Source: an uncultured Clostridia bacterium | GTDB taxonomy: Bacteria; Bacillota; Clostridia; Oscillospirales; Acutalibacteraceae | Assembly (NCBI GenBank): GCA_946531445.1 | Contig: CAMNAP010000002.1 | Coordinates: forward strand, 7,887-71,886 | DNA length: 64,000 nucleotides | Direction: 5' to 3' | Shown here: in pieces, positions 21,814 to 32,468 of the stretch | Numbering within the stretch: the first letter of the stretch is position 1 | Layout: each line of letters starts with the position of its first letter | Position numbers and translations under genes: made by a program | Notes under the pieces: model-generated | What the model was told of the DNA's origin: nothing | What the model saw: the letters and a program-made list of their open reading frames with translations, nothing else | Databases searched by the model: none

Positions 21814-23874
21814 ATGAAAAGGCCCTTTGCCTTAATTGGCTTTTCCTCGGCAGTGACGTTACTGCTGCTGAATATCATTTCAACTGAATACACCTTTGCG
21901 ATAACGGTGGGAGTCGGCGCGGTGTTTGTGTTTTCTGTGATTTTGCCGAAATACAGACAAGACGCTGTAATTCCGCTTTGCCTCGGCTCTGCGCTGTTTT
22001 CGTGTGCTGTATTTCTTCTTGTTTACAACGCTTCCGTTGTACCGTGTATAAATATCAGCGGAAAAGCGGCGGAGGCTACGTTTTACATAACCGACCTTCC
22101 GCACAAAACGGGCGAGGGCTACCTTTACTATGCAAAGACTAAAAGCATACTTCTAAGCGGCGCGCCGCAGGAAATTAAATTCAGACTTAAAAGCGACACG
22201 CCGATAGCTTCCGCGCCGTATACCTTAATGCACGGCAGACTTCGCTTTTATCTTACGGGAAAGGCTCCGTTTGTTTCAGGAGGCACCTGGGGCAAGGGTA
22301 CGTATCTTACAGCCCGCTTTAACGACATTTTCAGCGACGGCGTTATTGAAAACAAGCTGATGTATTTTATCAGCGAAATGAGAATTAACACCGCCGACAA
22401 AATCTGTAAGACGGTAGGCGGCGACAGCGGAGCACTTGCGGCGGCGCTTGTAACGGGCTACAGAGACAGGATTTCCGCCTCAACCTACGACGCATTTAAA
22501 ACGGCGGGCGCGGCGCATATTATGGCTGTAAGCGGACTACACCTTACGGTTATATCCTCGTCGGTAAGAGGCGTTTTGAATCTTATCGGTATAAGGCGTA
22601 AGCTTTCATCTTTGGTGATTATTGCAGTCATTATATTCTATTGCGCATTTACGGGCTTTTCTTCGTCTGTTGTGAGAGCGGGAATTATGCTTACTGTATA
22701 CTTCTTCGGCGACCTTATAAACCGAAAGAGCGACCCGTTGAATTCGCTCGGCTTTACCGTTTTTATTATCTGTCTTAACCCGTTTGCGCCAACAGACGTA
22801 AGCGCAGTTATGAGCGTGTCGGCGGTACTTGCGGTTATAGTTTCGTCAAAGACGGTTGTAAAAGCCAACGAAAAGCTGAGAAAAAAGCAGTTCTTCAAAA
22901 CGCTTTACGGTGAGGCGCTCGTTTATGCAGGCGACAGCGTAATCGCCTCATCATTTACGGCGGCGTTTCTTCTTCCCGTTTATTATCTTTATTTCGGCTA
23001 TTGCTCGCTTGCGGGAATATTGATTAATATTTTTATAGTACCTCTCGGCAGCCTGTCAACCGTTCTTTCCACCGCTACGGCTTTGCTTATCCGTACGCTT
23101 GGAATTAACCCGTTAGCGCAGGCTCAGAGGCTTCTTTGTGACGGAATTATTTATCTTGTGAAAATGTCGGCAGGTATGCCTCTTGCGGCTGTAACGCTTG
23201 AAAAGTATTTCGGCGCTGTGCTTGGCGCTGTGTTCCTTGCTGCGGGACTATGCCTCGTTTTCGGCAAAAGGCGGCTGATAAAATATACGGCGGTTTTAGG
23301 CGTTGCTGCGTTTTTCGTATGCGCTGTTGCGGGTAATATTCAGACGTTGAAGACCGCGAGAGTCTGTATTACCGAAAACGGAGCAGTTGCAGTGAACGAC
23401 GGGGATAATACAGTTGTCTGCGGTGTAAACTGCAGCTCGGACGTAATTGCGATTAAGCGTTTTCTGAACCTTAAGGACGGTAAGCTTGACGTGATGTTTG
23501 CAGACGGCGGCGGCAAGTATACAGTTGCAATGTCAGAGGCGGTAAGCTGTCAGAAAATCATCAGTCCGTTTTTCTCAGCCGATTTAATTGAAAATACTGA
23601 CTGCGGCGAATATGAAAACAGCGCAAGCGCCGAGGGCAACGCAGGTAACATAAGCTACAGCTTTAGCTTTGACGGCAAAACGAAATTTATTATTAAAAGC
23701 AAAGGGATAACCGTTGCAAGCGGCGACTCATATCCCGAAGCTGATATTAAAATATACGAGGGCGCGGTTGTTGATTCAAAGGGCGCTATTGACCTTGACG
23801 GCGGCGACGTAGTATATTATTTACATAACGATTCAACCTACAGTGTAAGGCGGATTAATTTATGGCAAGACTGA
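21814..23874 (+). CDS. comEC: ComEC/Rec2 family competence membrane protein
   Basis: GAAHIMAVSGLHL, SVVRAGIM; located upstream of holA. Confidence 0.85.
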   Translation: MKRPFALIGFSSAVTLLLLNIISTEYTFAITVGVGAVFVFSVILPKYRQDAVIPLCLGSALFSCAVFLLVYNASVVPCINISGKAAEATFYITDLPHKTGEGYLYYAKTKSILLSGAPQEIKFRLKSDTPIASAPYTLMHGRLRFYLTGKAPFVSGGTWGKGTYLTARFNDIFSDGVIENKLMYFISEMRINTADKICKTVGGDSGALAAALVTGYRDRISASTYDAFKTAGAAHIMAVSGLHLTVISSSVRGVLNLIGIRRKLSSLVIIAVIIFYCAFTGFSSSVVRAGIMLTVYFFGDLINRKSDPLNSLGFTVFIICLNPFAPTDVSAVMSVSAVLAVIVSSKTVVKANEKLRKKQFFKTLYGEALVYAGDSVIASSFTAAFLLPVYYLYFGYCSLAGILINIFIVPLGSLSTVLSTATALLIRTLGINPLAQAQRLLCDGIIYLVKMSAGMPLAAVTLEKYFGAVLGAVFLAAGLCLVFGKRRLIKYTAVLGVAAFFVCAVAGNIQTLKTARVCITENGAVAVNDGDNTVVCGVNCSSDVIAIKRFLNLKDGKLDVMFADGGGKYTVAMSEAVSCQKIISPFFSADLIENTDCGEYENSASAEGNAGNISYSFSFDGKTKFIIKSKGITVASGDSYPEADIKIYEGAVVDSKGAIDLDGGDVVYYLHNDSTYSVRRINLWQD

Positions 23875-24929
23875 ATGAAGAAACCTTTAAGGCACAGCTT
23901 AAAAGTGAAGAGTTTTCAAACGTGTATTTACTTTTCGGAACTGAAAGCTATCTTAAGGACCACTACATCTCAAGACTGAAAAAGAGAATAGTAAACCCCG
24001 ATTTTGCGGATTTTAACCTTAAGGAATTTGAGGGGCGCGGACTCAACATTGACGACGTTATTGTTGCGGCGCAGACTCTTCCTATGATGAGCGAATACTC
24101 GCTTGTAATAGTGTACGATTTTCCGTTTGTTAATAAGGGCAGGGAAAAAAGCACCTTAAATAAGGACAGCTTTGAAAAGCTCAAGGAGTATTTCAACGAT
24201 ATATCCGAAAGCTGTATTCTTGTTTTCAAGTACGATTCAATTGAGGTTTCAACTAAGAATGACTCACCCTGGGCTTCGGTTATAAAGGCTTTCGCAAAGG
24301 CGGGAGACGCTGTTGAAATTAATGAGAGAACGCCTGCCGAGCTCAACAGGCTTGTTTGCTCCTATGCAAAAAACAAGGGCTGTACAATCGGCAGACGAAG
24401 CGCAGATTATCTTATTGAATGTGTGGGAAGCGGGATTCAGACTATTGTAAATGAGCTTGACAAGCTTTGCGCGTATGTACACGGCGGTGAAATCACTAAT
24501 GAGATTATTGACAAAATTGCCGTAAAATCGCTTCAGGCAAGAGTTTTTGACCTTTCAAAGTATATTCTCCGTTCAGACAGCGACAGGGCGTATAAGGACC
24601 TTTATACGCTGTTTTCACAAAACGAGAGTGCAACGGATATTCTTCCTATTATCGCCTCATACTACGTTGATATGTACAGAGTGAAGTGCGCCAAAGAGGC
24701 GGGACAGCGCCCCGACGACATCGCCGAATACTACGACTATTCAAAAAGAAAATGGATACCGAATAAAGCGGCGGGGGACTCTGCCAAAATCAGTGTAAAC
24801 AGGCTCAGAGAGGCGCTTGACGTTCTGTCTGAGGCTGATATGCGTATGAAGACAACGGGTATAAGTGCACAGCATATTCTTGAGGAGGCTGTTGCAAAAC
24901 TCCTTGTTCTCGGAGGCAGATATGACTGA
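23862..24929 (+). CDS. holA: DNA polymerase III subunit delta
   Basis: VYLLFGTESYLK, AQTLPMMSEY, VNELDKL; comEC-holA synteny. Confidence 0.9.
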   Translation: MARLNEETFKAQLKSEEFSNVYLLFGTESYLKDHYISRLKKRIVNPDFADFNLKEFEGRGLNIDDVIVAAQTLPMMSEYSLVIVYDFPFVNKGREKSTLNKDSFEKLKEYFNDISESCILVFKYDSIEVSTKNDSPWASVIKAFAKAGDAVEINERTPAELNRLVCSYAKNKGCTIGRRSADYLIECVGSGIQTIVNELDKLCAYVHGGEITNEIIDKIAVKSLQARVFDLSKYILRSDSDRAYKDLYTLFSQNESATDILPIIASYYVDMYRVKCAKEAGQRPDDIAEYYDYSKRKWIPNKAAGDSAKISVNRLREALDVLSEADMRMKTTGISAQHILEEAVAKLLVLGGRYD

Positions 24930-25521
24930 TAAGCTTAAAATCTCACAGGCGGTTATAGTTGAGGGGAAGTATGACAAAATTAAGCTCTCTTCTGTTATTG
25001 ACGCGCTGATTGTTGAAACTAACGGCTTCGCCGTCTTTAAGGATAAGGAGCGAATGGCGTATATAAAAAAGCTCGCGAAAGAGCGTGGTATCGCCGTTCT
25101 GACCGATTCCGACCATGCGGGCTTTATGATAAGGGGCTATATTTCCTCGGGAATACCTAAGGATAAGATTTTCAGCGTTTACATCCCCGATGTGTACGGA
25201 AAGGAAAAGCGCAAGGACAAGCCCTCTAAAGAGGGCAAATTGGGCGTTGAGGGGATGAGCAGTGAAATTATACTTGAAGCCTTTAAAAAGGCAAATCTCG
25301 GCGCTGAGAGGACAAATAACACAAATCCCGTAACTACTGCCGATTTGTTTGAGGCAGGACTGTCGGGAACGCCTGACGCAAAGAATAATAAAAAGCGGCT
25401 TCTGAAAACGCTCGGTCTGCCCGAATATCTTTCAACACCCGCTCTTATTCAGTATATTAACAGCTCAATGACAAAAGAGGAATTTGAAAAAATAACAGCT
25501 CAGCCTGATGAGAAAGAATAA
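24922..25521 (+). CDS. rnmV: Ribonuclease M5-like toprim / DUF4093 protein
   Basis: IVEGKYDK, LTDSDHAGFMIR, GKLGVEG; ATG 24922 follows GGAGG. Confidence 0.8.
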   Translation: MTDKLKISQAVIVEGKYDKIKLSSVIDALIVETNGFAVFKDKERMAYIKKLAKERGIAVLTDSDHAGFMIRGYISSGIPKDKIFSVYIPDVYGKEKRKDKPSKEGKLGVEGMSSEIILEAFKKANLGAERTNNTNPVTTADLFEAGLSGTPDAKNNKKRLLKTLGLPEYLSTPALIQYINSSMTKEEFEKITAQPDEKE

Positions 25522-25543
25522 ACGACCGAATCATCGGTCGTTT
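25520..25543. terminator. Bidirectional terminator-like hairpin
   Basis: AAACGACCGA-atca-TCGGTCGTTT between convergent stops. Confidence 0.7.
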
Positions 25544-26601
25544 ACTGTTATTATTTTACGTTTCATATCCTCGCCGCAGGGTTTCGGAGTTTGGAAGCAG
25601 AGATTGAAAACATCTGTGTAGCGGCTCTCTCTTTCAAAAGCGGCAAGAACTTCTCCGCCCTCGCTTTTAGCCTGGGCGTATTTCGTTATTAAGGGGAGCA
25701 TAGCGCTCTTTTTCATTTTGCCGAGTAATTCCTTTCCTTTAGGCGTAAAGCCTAAAATACGGATATAGGAGGGCGTTTTCGGAAGTGAGGAGTTTATGCC
25801 GAGAAACGCCCTTAAAACTATCCGTCTTATTCTTGAATGCGTATAGCGCTTTGTTTTTATCATTGAATAAAGCGAATCAAGTCCTTCGGCTTTTTGCACA
25901 GCCTCATAAATTCTGTTTTCAAGTCCCTCGCTTACGTCGTCAATTCTGCTGAAATCCTCGGCGCTCATTGTACGGAGTTTAAACAAGATTGCTTTTTCTA
26001 TATTATATATAGATGCTGCTTTGTCCTTCGGGAGCGTTTTTCTGATTTCGCTTGCCGAATACTCGCTGTCGTCTGAATCGTGCCCCTTGCCGATTCTCTT
26101 AACTGCTATTGGCTTTAAATCAGTATTGCTGAGATATTCAACTGCAAGGATGTTATTCGGTTCCTCAAGGAGCGGGGAGGCGATAACATTCTGCCTTGCC
26201 TTCGGGTATGACACACCTTTTTCAAGTTCTATTTTTATTTCGCCGTCGCGTTCCTTTATCTCGTTTGAAAGCATTATGAGCTCGTCTGCGTCTGCACACT
26301 CACAGCCGAAGGCGATTGAATCACAGATTCCCGTTGCCTCAAGCAGCGCACAGCCTGCTCTTGCAAAGCCCTGAGCAGAGAGGGTGGAATACTCACTTGG
26401 CAGCTCAATAACTAAATCAGCCCCGTTTTCAAGCGCCGTTTTTGCTCTGTCAAATTTACTGAAAACGGCGCACTCGCCGCGCTGTACAAAGGACGATGAC
26501 ATAACGCACACCACTGCGCCGCCGTCTTTTTTTACTGTATCTATTAGGTATTTATGCCCCTTGTGAAAGGGATTAAATTCGCAGATTATACCTGTAATCA
26601 T
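25531..26601 (-). CDS. tmcAL: tRNA(Met) cytidine acetate ligase (YlbM/TmcAL family)
   Basis: GIICEFNPFHKGH, FVQRGE, PNNILAVEY, SASEIR, TKRYTHSRIRR; divergent from ackA. Confidence 0.88.
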   Translation of the reverse strand: MITGIICEFNPFHKGHKYLIDTVKKDGGAVVCVMSSSFVQRGECAVFSKFDRAKTALENGADLVIELPSEYSTLSAQGFARAGCALLEATGICDSIAFGCECADADELIMLSNEIKERDGEIKIELEKGVSYPKARQNVIASPLLEEPNNILAVEYLSNTDLKPIAVKRIGKGHDSDDSEYSASEIRKTLPKDKAASIYNIEKAILFKLRTMSAEDFSRIDDVSEGLENRIYEAVQKAEGLDSLYSMIKTKRYTHSRIRRIVLRAFLGINSSLPKTPSYIRILGFTPKGKELLGKMKKSAMLPLITKYAQAKSEGGEVLAAFERESRYTDVFNLCFQTPKPCGEDMKRKIITVNDR

Positions 26602-26737
26602 ATAAATTTCCTTTTATTTTACTATTTTATATTAAATTCTCTTGACAAATATTATAATTTTATTATATTATATATTCTGTAATAATATTTTTCAAGTATT
26701 TTACATAATTATTATATATTACCCGGAGGAAAACAGT

Positions 26738-27961
26738 TTGAAAGTTTTAGTTATCAACTGCGGTTCATCATCACTTAAGTATCAGCTTATGGATATGACT
26801 GATGAATCGGTGCTTTGTAAAGGCGTTATTGAAAGAATAGGAATGAAAATTCTCGGCGGCGAGGAGAACGTTAACGTTAAGGTTGACGGCAGGAAGATAG
26901 CTTATGATAAGGAGCTTTGTGACCACACAGCCGCATTTAACGAGGTTAAATATATTCTCTCTGAAAGCGAGTACAAGGTTGTTGACTCATTCAGCGAGAT
27001 TGACGCAATAGGCCACAGAATCGTGCAGGGCGGCCCCGACTACAAGAAAAGCGTTCTTGTTGACGAAAAGGTTGCAAAGGACATTGAGGATTTATCGCCT
27101 CTTGCTCCGCTTCACAACCCCGCTCACATTCAGGGCTATAAGGCTTGTCTTAGCGTTGTCGGCCCTGACGTTCCGCAGGTTTTCGTATTTGATACCGCTT
27201 TCCACGCAACAATGCCTCCTAAGGCATATATGTTTGCAGTTCCTTATGAGTACTATGAGAAGTACAAGGTTCGCCGCTACGGCGCACACGGTACATCGCA
27301 TAAATTTGTTTCGCTCAGAGTAGCTGAAAAAATGGGTAAGGACCCGAAGGACTTAAAGGTTATCACCTGTCATCTCGGAAACGGCTCATCTGTAACGGCT
27401 GTTCAGTACGGTGAGGTTATTGACACATCTATGGGACTTACACCGCTTGACGGCTTTATGATGGGTACACGCTCGGGCGGAATTGACCCCTCGGTTGTAA
27501 CGTTTATTATGGATAAAGAGGGCTTCACTCCTAAAGAGATGGACACGGTTCTCAACAAGAAATCTGGCGTTATGGCTATTTCGGGAATCTCGTCTGACGA
27601 CAGAGATATCTGCGCTGCTCAGGAAAAGGGCGACGAGAGAGCAATTCTTGCTCACGAAATGCAGGCTTATCAGATTGCTAAATTCATCGGCGCTTATACA
27701 GCAGCTATGAACGGCGTTGACGCTATCGTATTTACGGGCGGTATCGGTGAGAACGGCGCTTGGCTTCGTTCAAAAATCTGTTCTTATCTCGGCTATCTCG
27801 GCGTTAAGATTGACGAGGAGCTTAACGAGGCAACCCGCAAGGGTGCTGAGGCAGAGCTAACTGATTCAAGCGCTGACGTAAGAGTATTCATACTTGCAAC
27901 AAACGAAGAGCTTATGATTGCAAGAGATACTAAGGCTATTGCCGAAGCTTTAAAAAAGTAA
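26738..27961 (+). CDS. ackA: Acetate kinase
   Basis: KVLVINCGSSSLKYQL, GHRIVQGG, APLHNPA, HLGNGSS, TNEELMIA; TTG start follows GGAGGA. Confidence 0.97.
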   Translation: MKVLVINCGSSSLKYQLMDMTDESVLCKGVIERIGMKILGGEENVNVKVDGRKIAYDKELCDHTAAFNEVKYILSESEYKVVDSFSEIDAIGHRIVQGGPDYKKSVLVDEKVAKDIEDLSPLAPLHNPAHIQGYKACLSVVGPDVPQVFVFDTAFHATMPPKAYMFAVPYEYYEKYKVRRYGAHGTSHKFVSLRVAEKMGKDPKDLKVITCHLGNGSSVTAVQYGEVIDTSMGLTPLDGFMMGTRSGGIDPSVVTFIMDKEGFTPKEMDTVLNKKSGVMAISGISSDDRDICAAQEKGDERAILAHEMQAYQIAKFIGAYTAAMNGVDAIVFTGGIGENGAWLRSKICSYLGYLGVKIDEELNEATRKGAEAELTDSSADVRVFILATNEELMIARDTKAIAEALKK

Positions 27962-28015
27962 ACTGTAAATTGTTATAATTTATAAATAAATAAATCTAAA
28001 GAAGGGGGAGTAAAA

Positions 28016-28231
28016 ATGCCTGAAATCAAGTATGAAATCACTGAGCATCTCGGAGTAATTTCAGAAACAGCAAGAGGCTGGACAAGAGAGGTAAATATGA
28101 TTTCCTGGAACGGTCGCGAGCCTAAGGTTGACGTAAGAGATTGGTCACCTGAGCACGACAAGATGAGCAAGGGATTAACATTTACCAAGGAAGAGCTTCA
28201 GGAACTTGCAAAGATTGTTTCTAAACTCTGA
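28016..28231 (+). CDS. YdbC/PC4-family ssDNA-binding protein
   Basis: WTREVNMISWNGREPKVDVRDWSPEHDKMSKGLT. Confidence 0.9.
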   Translation: MPEIKYEITEHLGVISETARGWTREVNMISWNGREPKVDVRDWSPEHDKMSKGLTFTKEELQELAKIVSKL

Positions 28232-28242
28232 TAACGTAAGAT

Positions 28243-28273
28243 AACGCTGCGACATTTTTGTGTTGCAGCGTTT
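28243..28273 (+). terminator. Terminator-like hairpin
   Basis: AACGCTGCGACA-loop-TGTTGCAGCGTT-T. Confidence 0.6.
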
Positions 28274-28319
28274 GTCACGTTACACTAAATTAATAATTCT
28301 CACTATGAGGTAAATATAT

Positions 28320-30944
28320 ATGGAATGGACATCATTAAACGACTTAAGGGAAAAGTATCTCAGCTTTTTTGAGAGTAAGGGACATTTAAGGCTTCCGAGC
28401 TTTTCTCTTGTACCTAACAACGACAAAAGCCTTCTTCTTATTAACTCGGGTATGGCGCCGATGAAGAAGTATTTTACGGGAGAGGTAACACCGCCGAGAA
28501 AAAGAGTTACCACCTGTCAGAAATGTATTCGTACTCCCGATATTGAGGAGGTTGGTAAAACCGACAGACACGGAACATTTTTTGAAATGCTCGGCAACTT
28601 CTCTTTCGGCGATTACTTTAAAAAGGAAGCTACCGCATGGGCGTGGGAATTCTGTACGGAAGTTCTTGATATGCCCGTTGACAAGCTTTACGTTACAATT
28701 TATGAAAACGATGACGAGGCTTTTGAAATCTGGACAAAGCAAAACGGAGTTTCTCCCGACCACATTGTAAGACTCGGCAAAGAGGACAATTTCTGGGAGC
28801 ACGGCTCAGGCCCCTGCGGTCCCTGTTCAGAAATCTATTTTGACCGCGGCGAAAAGTACGGCTGCGGCAAGCCCGACTGCGCTCCGGGCTGTGAGTGTGA
28901 CAGATTTACTGAATTCTGGAACAACGTATTTACTCAGTTTGACAACGACGGTAACAACAACTATACGCCCCTTGACCACCCGAACATCGATACGGGTATG
29001 GGACTTGAAAGACTCGCCTGCATTATGCAGGGTGTTGACAATATTTTTGAGGTTGATACCGTTCAGAATATAATGAACAAAATTGCCGAGATTGCGGGCG
29101 TTAAATATCACGACGATAAAAAGCAGGATATTTCGCTTCGCGTTATTACCGACCATGTTCGTTCATCAACCTTTATGATTGGCGACGGCGTTATTCCGTC
29201 AAACAACGGACGCGGCTATGTTTTAAGACGTCTTATAAGACGCGCATGCCGTCACGGCAGACTTCTCGGTGTAAACGAGCCTTTCCTTTATAAAGTCTGC
29301 GATACCGTTATTGCTGAAAATGCAACTGCATATCCCGAGCTTGGCGACAAGGCAGAGCTTATCAAGAAGGTTATTCTTTCGGAAGAGGAGAGCTTCGGCA
29401 AGACAATTGACGCAGGACTTGAGCTTCTTGACGAATACATCGCAAACACCGAGGGAACTGTATTCAGCGGTGATGACGCCTTTAAGCTTAACGACACTTT
29501 TGGCTTCCCGCTTGATTTAACCAAGGATATACTTGAAGAAAAAGGCCTTACTGTTGACGAGGCAAGATTTAACGAGCTTCTTGACTTACAGAAAAAAACT
29601 GCGAGAGCTGCCCGCAAGGACGCAGGCGCAGACGCATGGAAAGGAAGCAGCGTAAAGATTGAGGCTGAGGCTACAGAGTTTACGGGCTATACAGATTTCA
29701 CCTCGGATTCAAAGGTTATAGCGCTCATCAATTCAGAGGGCGAAAGCGTTGAAATGCTCGGCGCAGGCGAAAAGGGCGTTGTTGTTCTTGACAGGACTCC
29801 GTTTTACGCGCTCAGCGGCGGACAGGTTGGCGACAGCGGCGTAATTACTTCGGGTACAAACGTATTTGCAGTTAACGACACAGCCAAGAATGACGACAAG
29901 ATTTATCTTCACAGCGGCGCTGTAAAGAGCGGAGTTATCTCTGTTGGCGACAGCGTTAAGGCTGAAATTGACTCTGTAAGGCGCAGAAGCATTATGAGAA
30001 ACCACACGGCGGCTCATCTTCTTCAGAACGCGCTGAGAAAAGAGCTCGGTACTCACGTTGAGCAGGCAGGACAGCTTGTTGACGAGAACGTTTGCCGCTT
30101 TGACTTTACGCACTTCAACGCGCTGAGCGATGAGGAAATTAAGAAAATTGAGGCTGATGTTAACAGTGTAATTCTTTCGGCTATTCCCGTAACTATGCAG
30201 GAAATGCCGATTGAAGAGGCTAAGAAAATCGGCGCAATGATGCTCTTCGGCGAGAAGTACGGCGATGTTGTACGTGTTGTTACGGCAGGGGACTCGGTTG
30301 AATTCTGCGGCGGTACTCACGTTTCAAACAGCGGCGAGCTCGGACTCTTTAAGATTACTTCCGAATCGTCTGTTGCAAGCGGCGTAAGAAGAATTACAGC
30401 TCTTACCGGTATGAACGCTTACGCTCTTATGAACAGCAACGCAGAGCTTATAAGCACAATTGCAGGAAAGCTCAAGGGCGCTGAAAGCGAGATTGAAAGC
30501 AAGGTTGACTCGCTTATTAACGAAAATAGGGAAAACACAAAGAGAATTGCAAACCTTGAAGCAGAGATTACAAAGCTAAAGAGCGCTGATATGTTCTCTG
30601 AGCCGACTGTAATTGACGGGCTTGAGGTGTTTACAGCCAAGCTTGACGGAGCTACTCCCGAGGCGCTTCGTACAATGGGCGACGATGTTAAGGCAGGAAA
30701 TGACAACGCTGTTGCGATTATTGCAGGCGTAAACGGCGCTAAGGCTACGATTGTTGCAGTCTGCGGCAAGAACGCTGTTGCAAAGGGCGTTAAGGCAGGC
30801 GACATTGTAAGAGAGGTTGCTAAGCTCGCAGGCGGTGGCGGCGGCGGACGTCCTGATTCCGCTATGGCAGGCGCCAAGGATTTATCAAAGCTTGATGAGG
30901 CAATTGCTTCAACGGTTTCAATAGTTGAAAACATTTTAAAATAA
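28320..30944 (+). CDS. alaS: Alanine--tRNA ligase
   Basis: HGTFFEMLGNFSFGDYFK, DTGMGLERL, RNHTAAHLL, EFCGGTHV, GGGGGRP. Confidence 0.98.
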   Translation: MEWTSLNDLREKYLSFFESKGHLRLPSFSLVPNNDKSLLLINSGMAPMKKYFTGEVTPPRKRVTTCQKCIRTPDIEEVGKTDRHGTFFEMLGNFSFGDYFKKEATAWAWEFCTEVLDMPVDKLYVTIYENDDEAFEIWTKQNGVSPDHIVRLGKEDNFWEHGSGPCGPCSEIYFDRGEKYGCGKPDCAPGCECDRFTEFWNNVFTQFDNDGNNNYTPLDHPNIDTGMGLERLACIMQGVDNIFEVDTVQNIMNKIAEIAGVKYHDDKKQDISLRVITDHVRSSTFMIGDGVIPSNNGRGYVLRRLIRRACRHGRLLGVNEPFLYKVCDTVIAENATAYPELGDKAELIKKVILSEEESFGKTIDAGLELLDEYIANTEGTVFSGDDAFKLNDTFGFPLDLTKDILEEKGLTVDEARFNELLDLQKKTARAARKDAGADAWKGSSVKIEAEATEFTGYTDFTSDSKVIALINSEGESVEMLGAGEKGVVVLDRTPFYALSGGQVGDSGVITSGTNVFAVNDTAKNDDKIYLHSGAVKSGVISVGDSVKAEIDSVRRRSIMRNHTAAHLLQNALRKELGTHVEQAGQLVDENVCRFDFTHFNALSDEEIKKIEADVNSVILSAIPVTMQEMPIEEAKKIGAMMLFGEKYGDVVRVVTAGDSVEFCGGTHVSNSGELGLFKITSESSVASGVRRITALTGMNAYALMNSNAELISTIAGKLKGAESEIESKVDSLINENRENTKRIANLEAEITKLKSADMFSEPTVIDGLEVFTAKLDGATPEALRTMGDDVKAGNDNAVAIIAGVNGAKATIVAVCGKNAVAKGVKAGDIVREVAKLAGGGGGGRPDSAMAGAKDLSKLDEAIASTVSIVENILK

Positions 30945-30957
30945 CAGAGGTGTTACT

Positions 30958-31290
30958 ATGTGCGTATTTTGTGAAATAGCAAAAGGAAATATCCCGAGCA
31001 CAAAGGTTTATGAGGACGATATGATTTTAGCGTTTAAGGATTTAAATCCACAGGCGCCCGTTCACGTTCTTGTAATACCCAAAGAGCATATTGACTGCGC
31101 TAATGATATAACGGCTGACAACAGCGAATACGTTAAGCGTATATTTGAAAAAATCCCGGAGATTGCAAAATCTCAGGGAATTGAATCGTACAGACTTATC
31201 AACAACTGCGGTGAGGACGCAGGTCAGACGGTTAAGCACCTTCATTTCCACATCCTCGGCGGAGTAAAAATGGAAGAGGGGCTATTATAA
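30958..31290 (+). CDS. HIT family nucleotide-binding protein (HinT-like)
   Basis: CVFC, PQAPVHVLVIPKEH, GQTVKHLHFHILGG. Confidence 0.95.
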   Translation: MCVFCEIAKGNIPSTKVYEDDMILAFKDLNPQAPVHVLVIPKEHIDCANDITADNSEYVKRIFEKIPEIAKSQGIESYRLINNCGEDAGQTVKHLHFHILGGVKMEEGLL

Positions 31291-31856
31291 TGATTAAAGA
31301 CGGAATGAAAAGACAGAATAACGAGTTTTATGAGCTTCACATTGCAGGGCTTACAAGACAGCTTCAGAAGTTTGCAGTTTCAGATTCGCTTGACATCGCC
31401 GCATTTATTCTTTTCGGCGACGTAGAGCTTGTTGAACGCTGTGCCCAGGAGCTTTTAAAGAAGGTTCCCGAATTTGATTACATCATTACACCCGAGGCAA
31501 AGTCTATTCCGCTTGCATATGAGATGAGCAGACTGAGCGGAAAGAAATACATCGTTGCGCGCAAGGGCGTTAAGGTTTATATGGACAGACCTGAAAAGGT
31601 TGAAGTAACCTCAATTACTACTCAGAGAGTACAGACGCTTTACCTCGGCCACGAGGATGGCGATTTGCTTACGGGAAAGAGAGTGCTTATTGTTGACGAC
31701 GTTATTTCAACGGGCGAAAGCCTTAAGGCAGTTCAGCTTCTTGTTGAAAGATTTGACGGAAATATTGTTGCTTCCTGTGCGCCTCTTGCAGAGGGCGACG
31801 CTGCAGACAGAGACGATATTGTATATCTTGAAAAGCTTCCGCTTTTCTTTAAATAA
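31290..31856 (+). CDS. Purine phosphoribosyltransferase family protein (Apt-like)
   Basis: PEAKSIPLA, VARK, VLIVDDVISTGES. Confidence 0.85.
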   Translation: MIKDGMKRQNNEFYELHIAGLTRQLQKFAVSDSLDIAAFILFGDVELVERCAQELLKKVPEFDYIITPEAKSIPLAYEMSRLSGKKYIVARKGVKVYMDRPEKVEVTSITTQRVQTLYLGHEDGDLLTGKRVLIVDDVISTGESLKAVQLLVERFDGNIVASCAPLAEGDAADRDDIVYLEKLPLFFK

Positions 31857-31868
31857 GCGAGGTAGAAT

Positions 31869-32468
31869 ATGCATATAGTATGTCTTGATTTAGAGGGTGT
31901 TCTTGTACCCGAAATATGGATTGCGTTCTCTGAGGAGAGCGGAATTCCCGAGCTTAAAAGAACTACAAGGGACGAGCCCGACTATGAAAAATTAATGAAT
32001 TACAGAATTAAAATTCTTAAGGAGCACGGGCTCGGCTTAAAGGAAATTCAGGATACAATCAGAAAGATTGAGCCGCTTGAGGGCGCAAAGGAATTTCTTG
32101 ACGAGTTGAGAAAGCTCGGTCAGGTAATTATTATAAGCGATACGTTTACGCAGTTTGCTATGCCGCTTATGGAAAAGCTCGGCTATCCGACTCTTATGTG
32201 TAACGAGCTTGTTGTAAGCGAAAGCGGAGAGGTTACCGGCTTTAAGATGAGATGTGAAAAGAGCAAGCTCACAACCGTTAAAGCTCTTCAGTCTATAGGC
32301 TATGAAACTATCGCAAGCGGCGACAGCTTTAACGACCTTGCTATGATTCAGGCAGGCAAGGCAGGCTTTTTATTCCGCACAACCGAGCAGATTAAAAAGG
32401 ATTATCCCGATATTCCCGCGTTTGAAACATACAGCGAGCTTCTTGAGGCAATCAAAGGTGTTATATAA
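31869..32468 (+). CDS. thrH: Phosphoserine phosphatase / homoserine phosphotransferase (HAD)
   Basis: CLDLEGVLVPEIW, TTRDEPDY, SDTF, GDSFNDLAM. Confidence 0.92.
   Translation: MHIVCLDLEGVLVPEIWIAFSEESGIPELKRTTRDEPDYEKLMNYRIKILKEHGLGLKEIQDTIRKIEPLEGAKEFLDELRKLGQVIIISDTFTQFAMPLMEKLGYPTLMCNELVVSESGEVTGFKMRCEKSKLTTVKALQSIGYETIASGDSFNDLAMIQAGKAGFLFRTTEQIKKDYPDIPAFETYSELLEAIKGVI

Noticed and set aside
26642-26737. 32-codon N-terminal extension of ackA in the ORF track
   Set aside because: AT-rich promoter DNA; the RBS and homology place the start at TTG 26738.
30830-30850. GGC-rich microsatellite-like run in alaS
   Set aside because: It encodes the conserved GGGGG-R-P motif of the AlaRS C-terminal domain.
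29733-30934. Antisense ORFs (195 aa, 171 aa) inside alaS
   Set aside because: Mirror-frame artefacts of a conserved essential gene.
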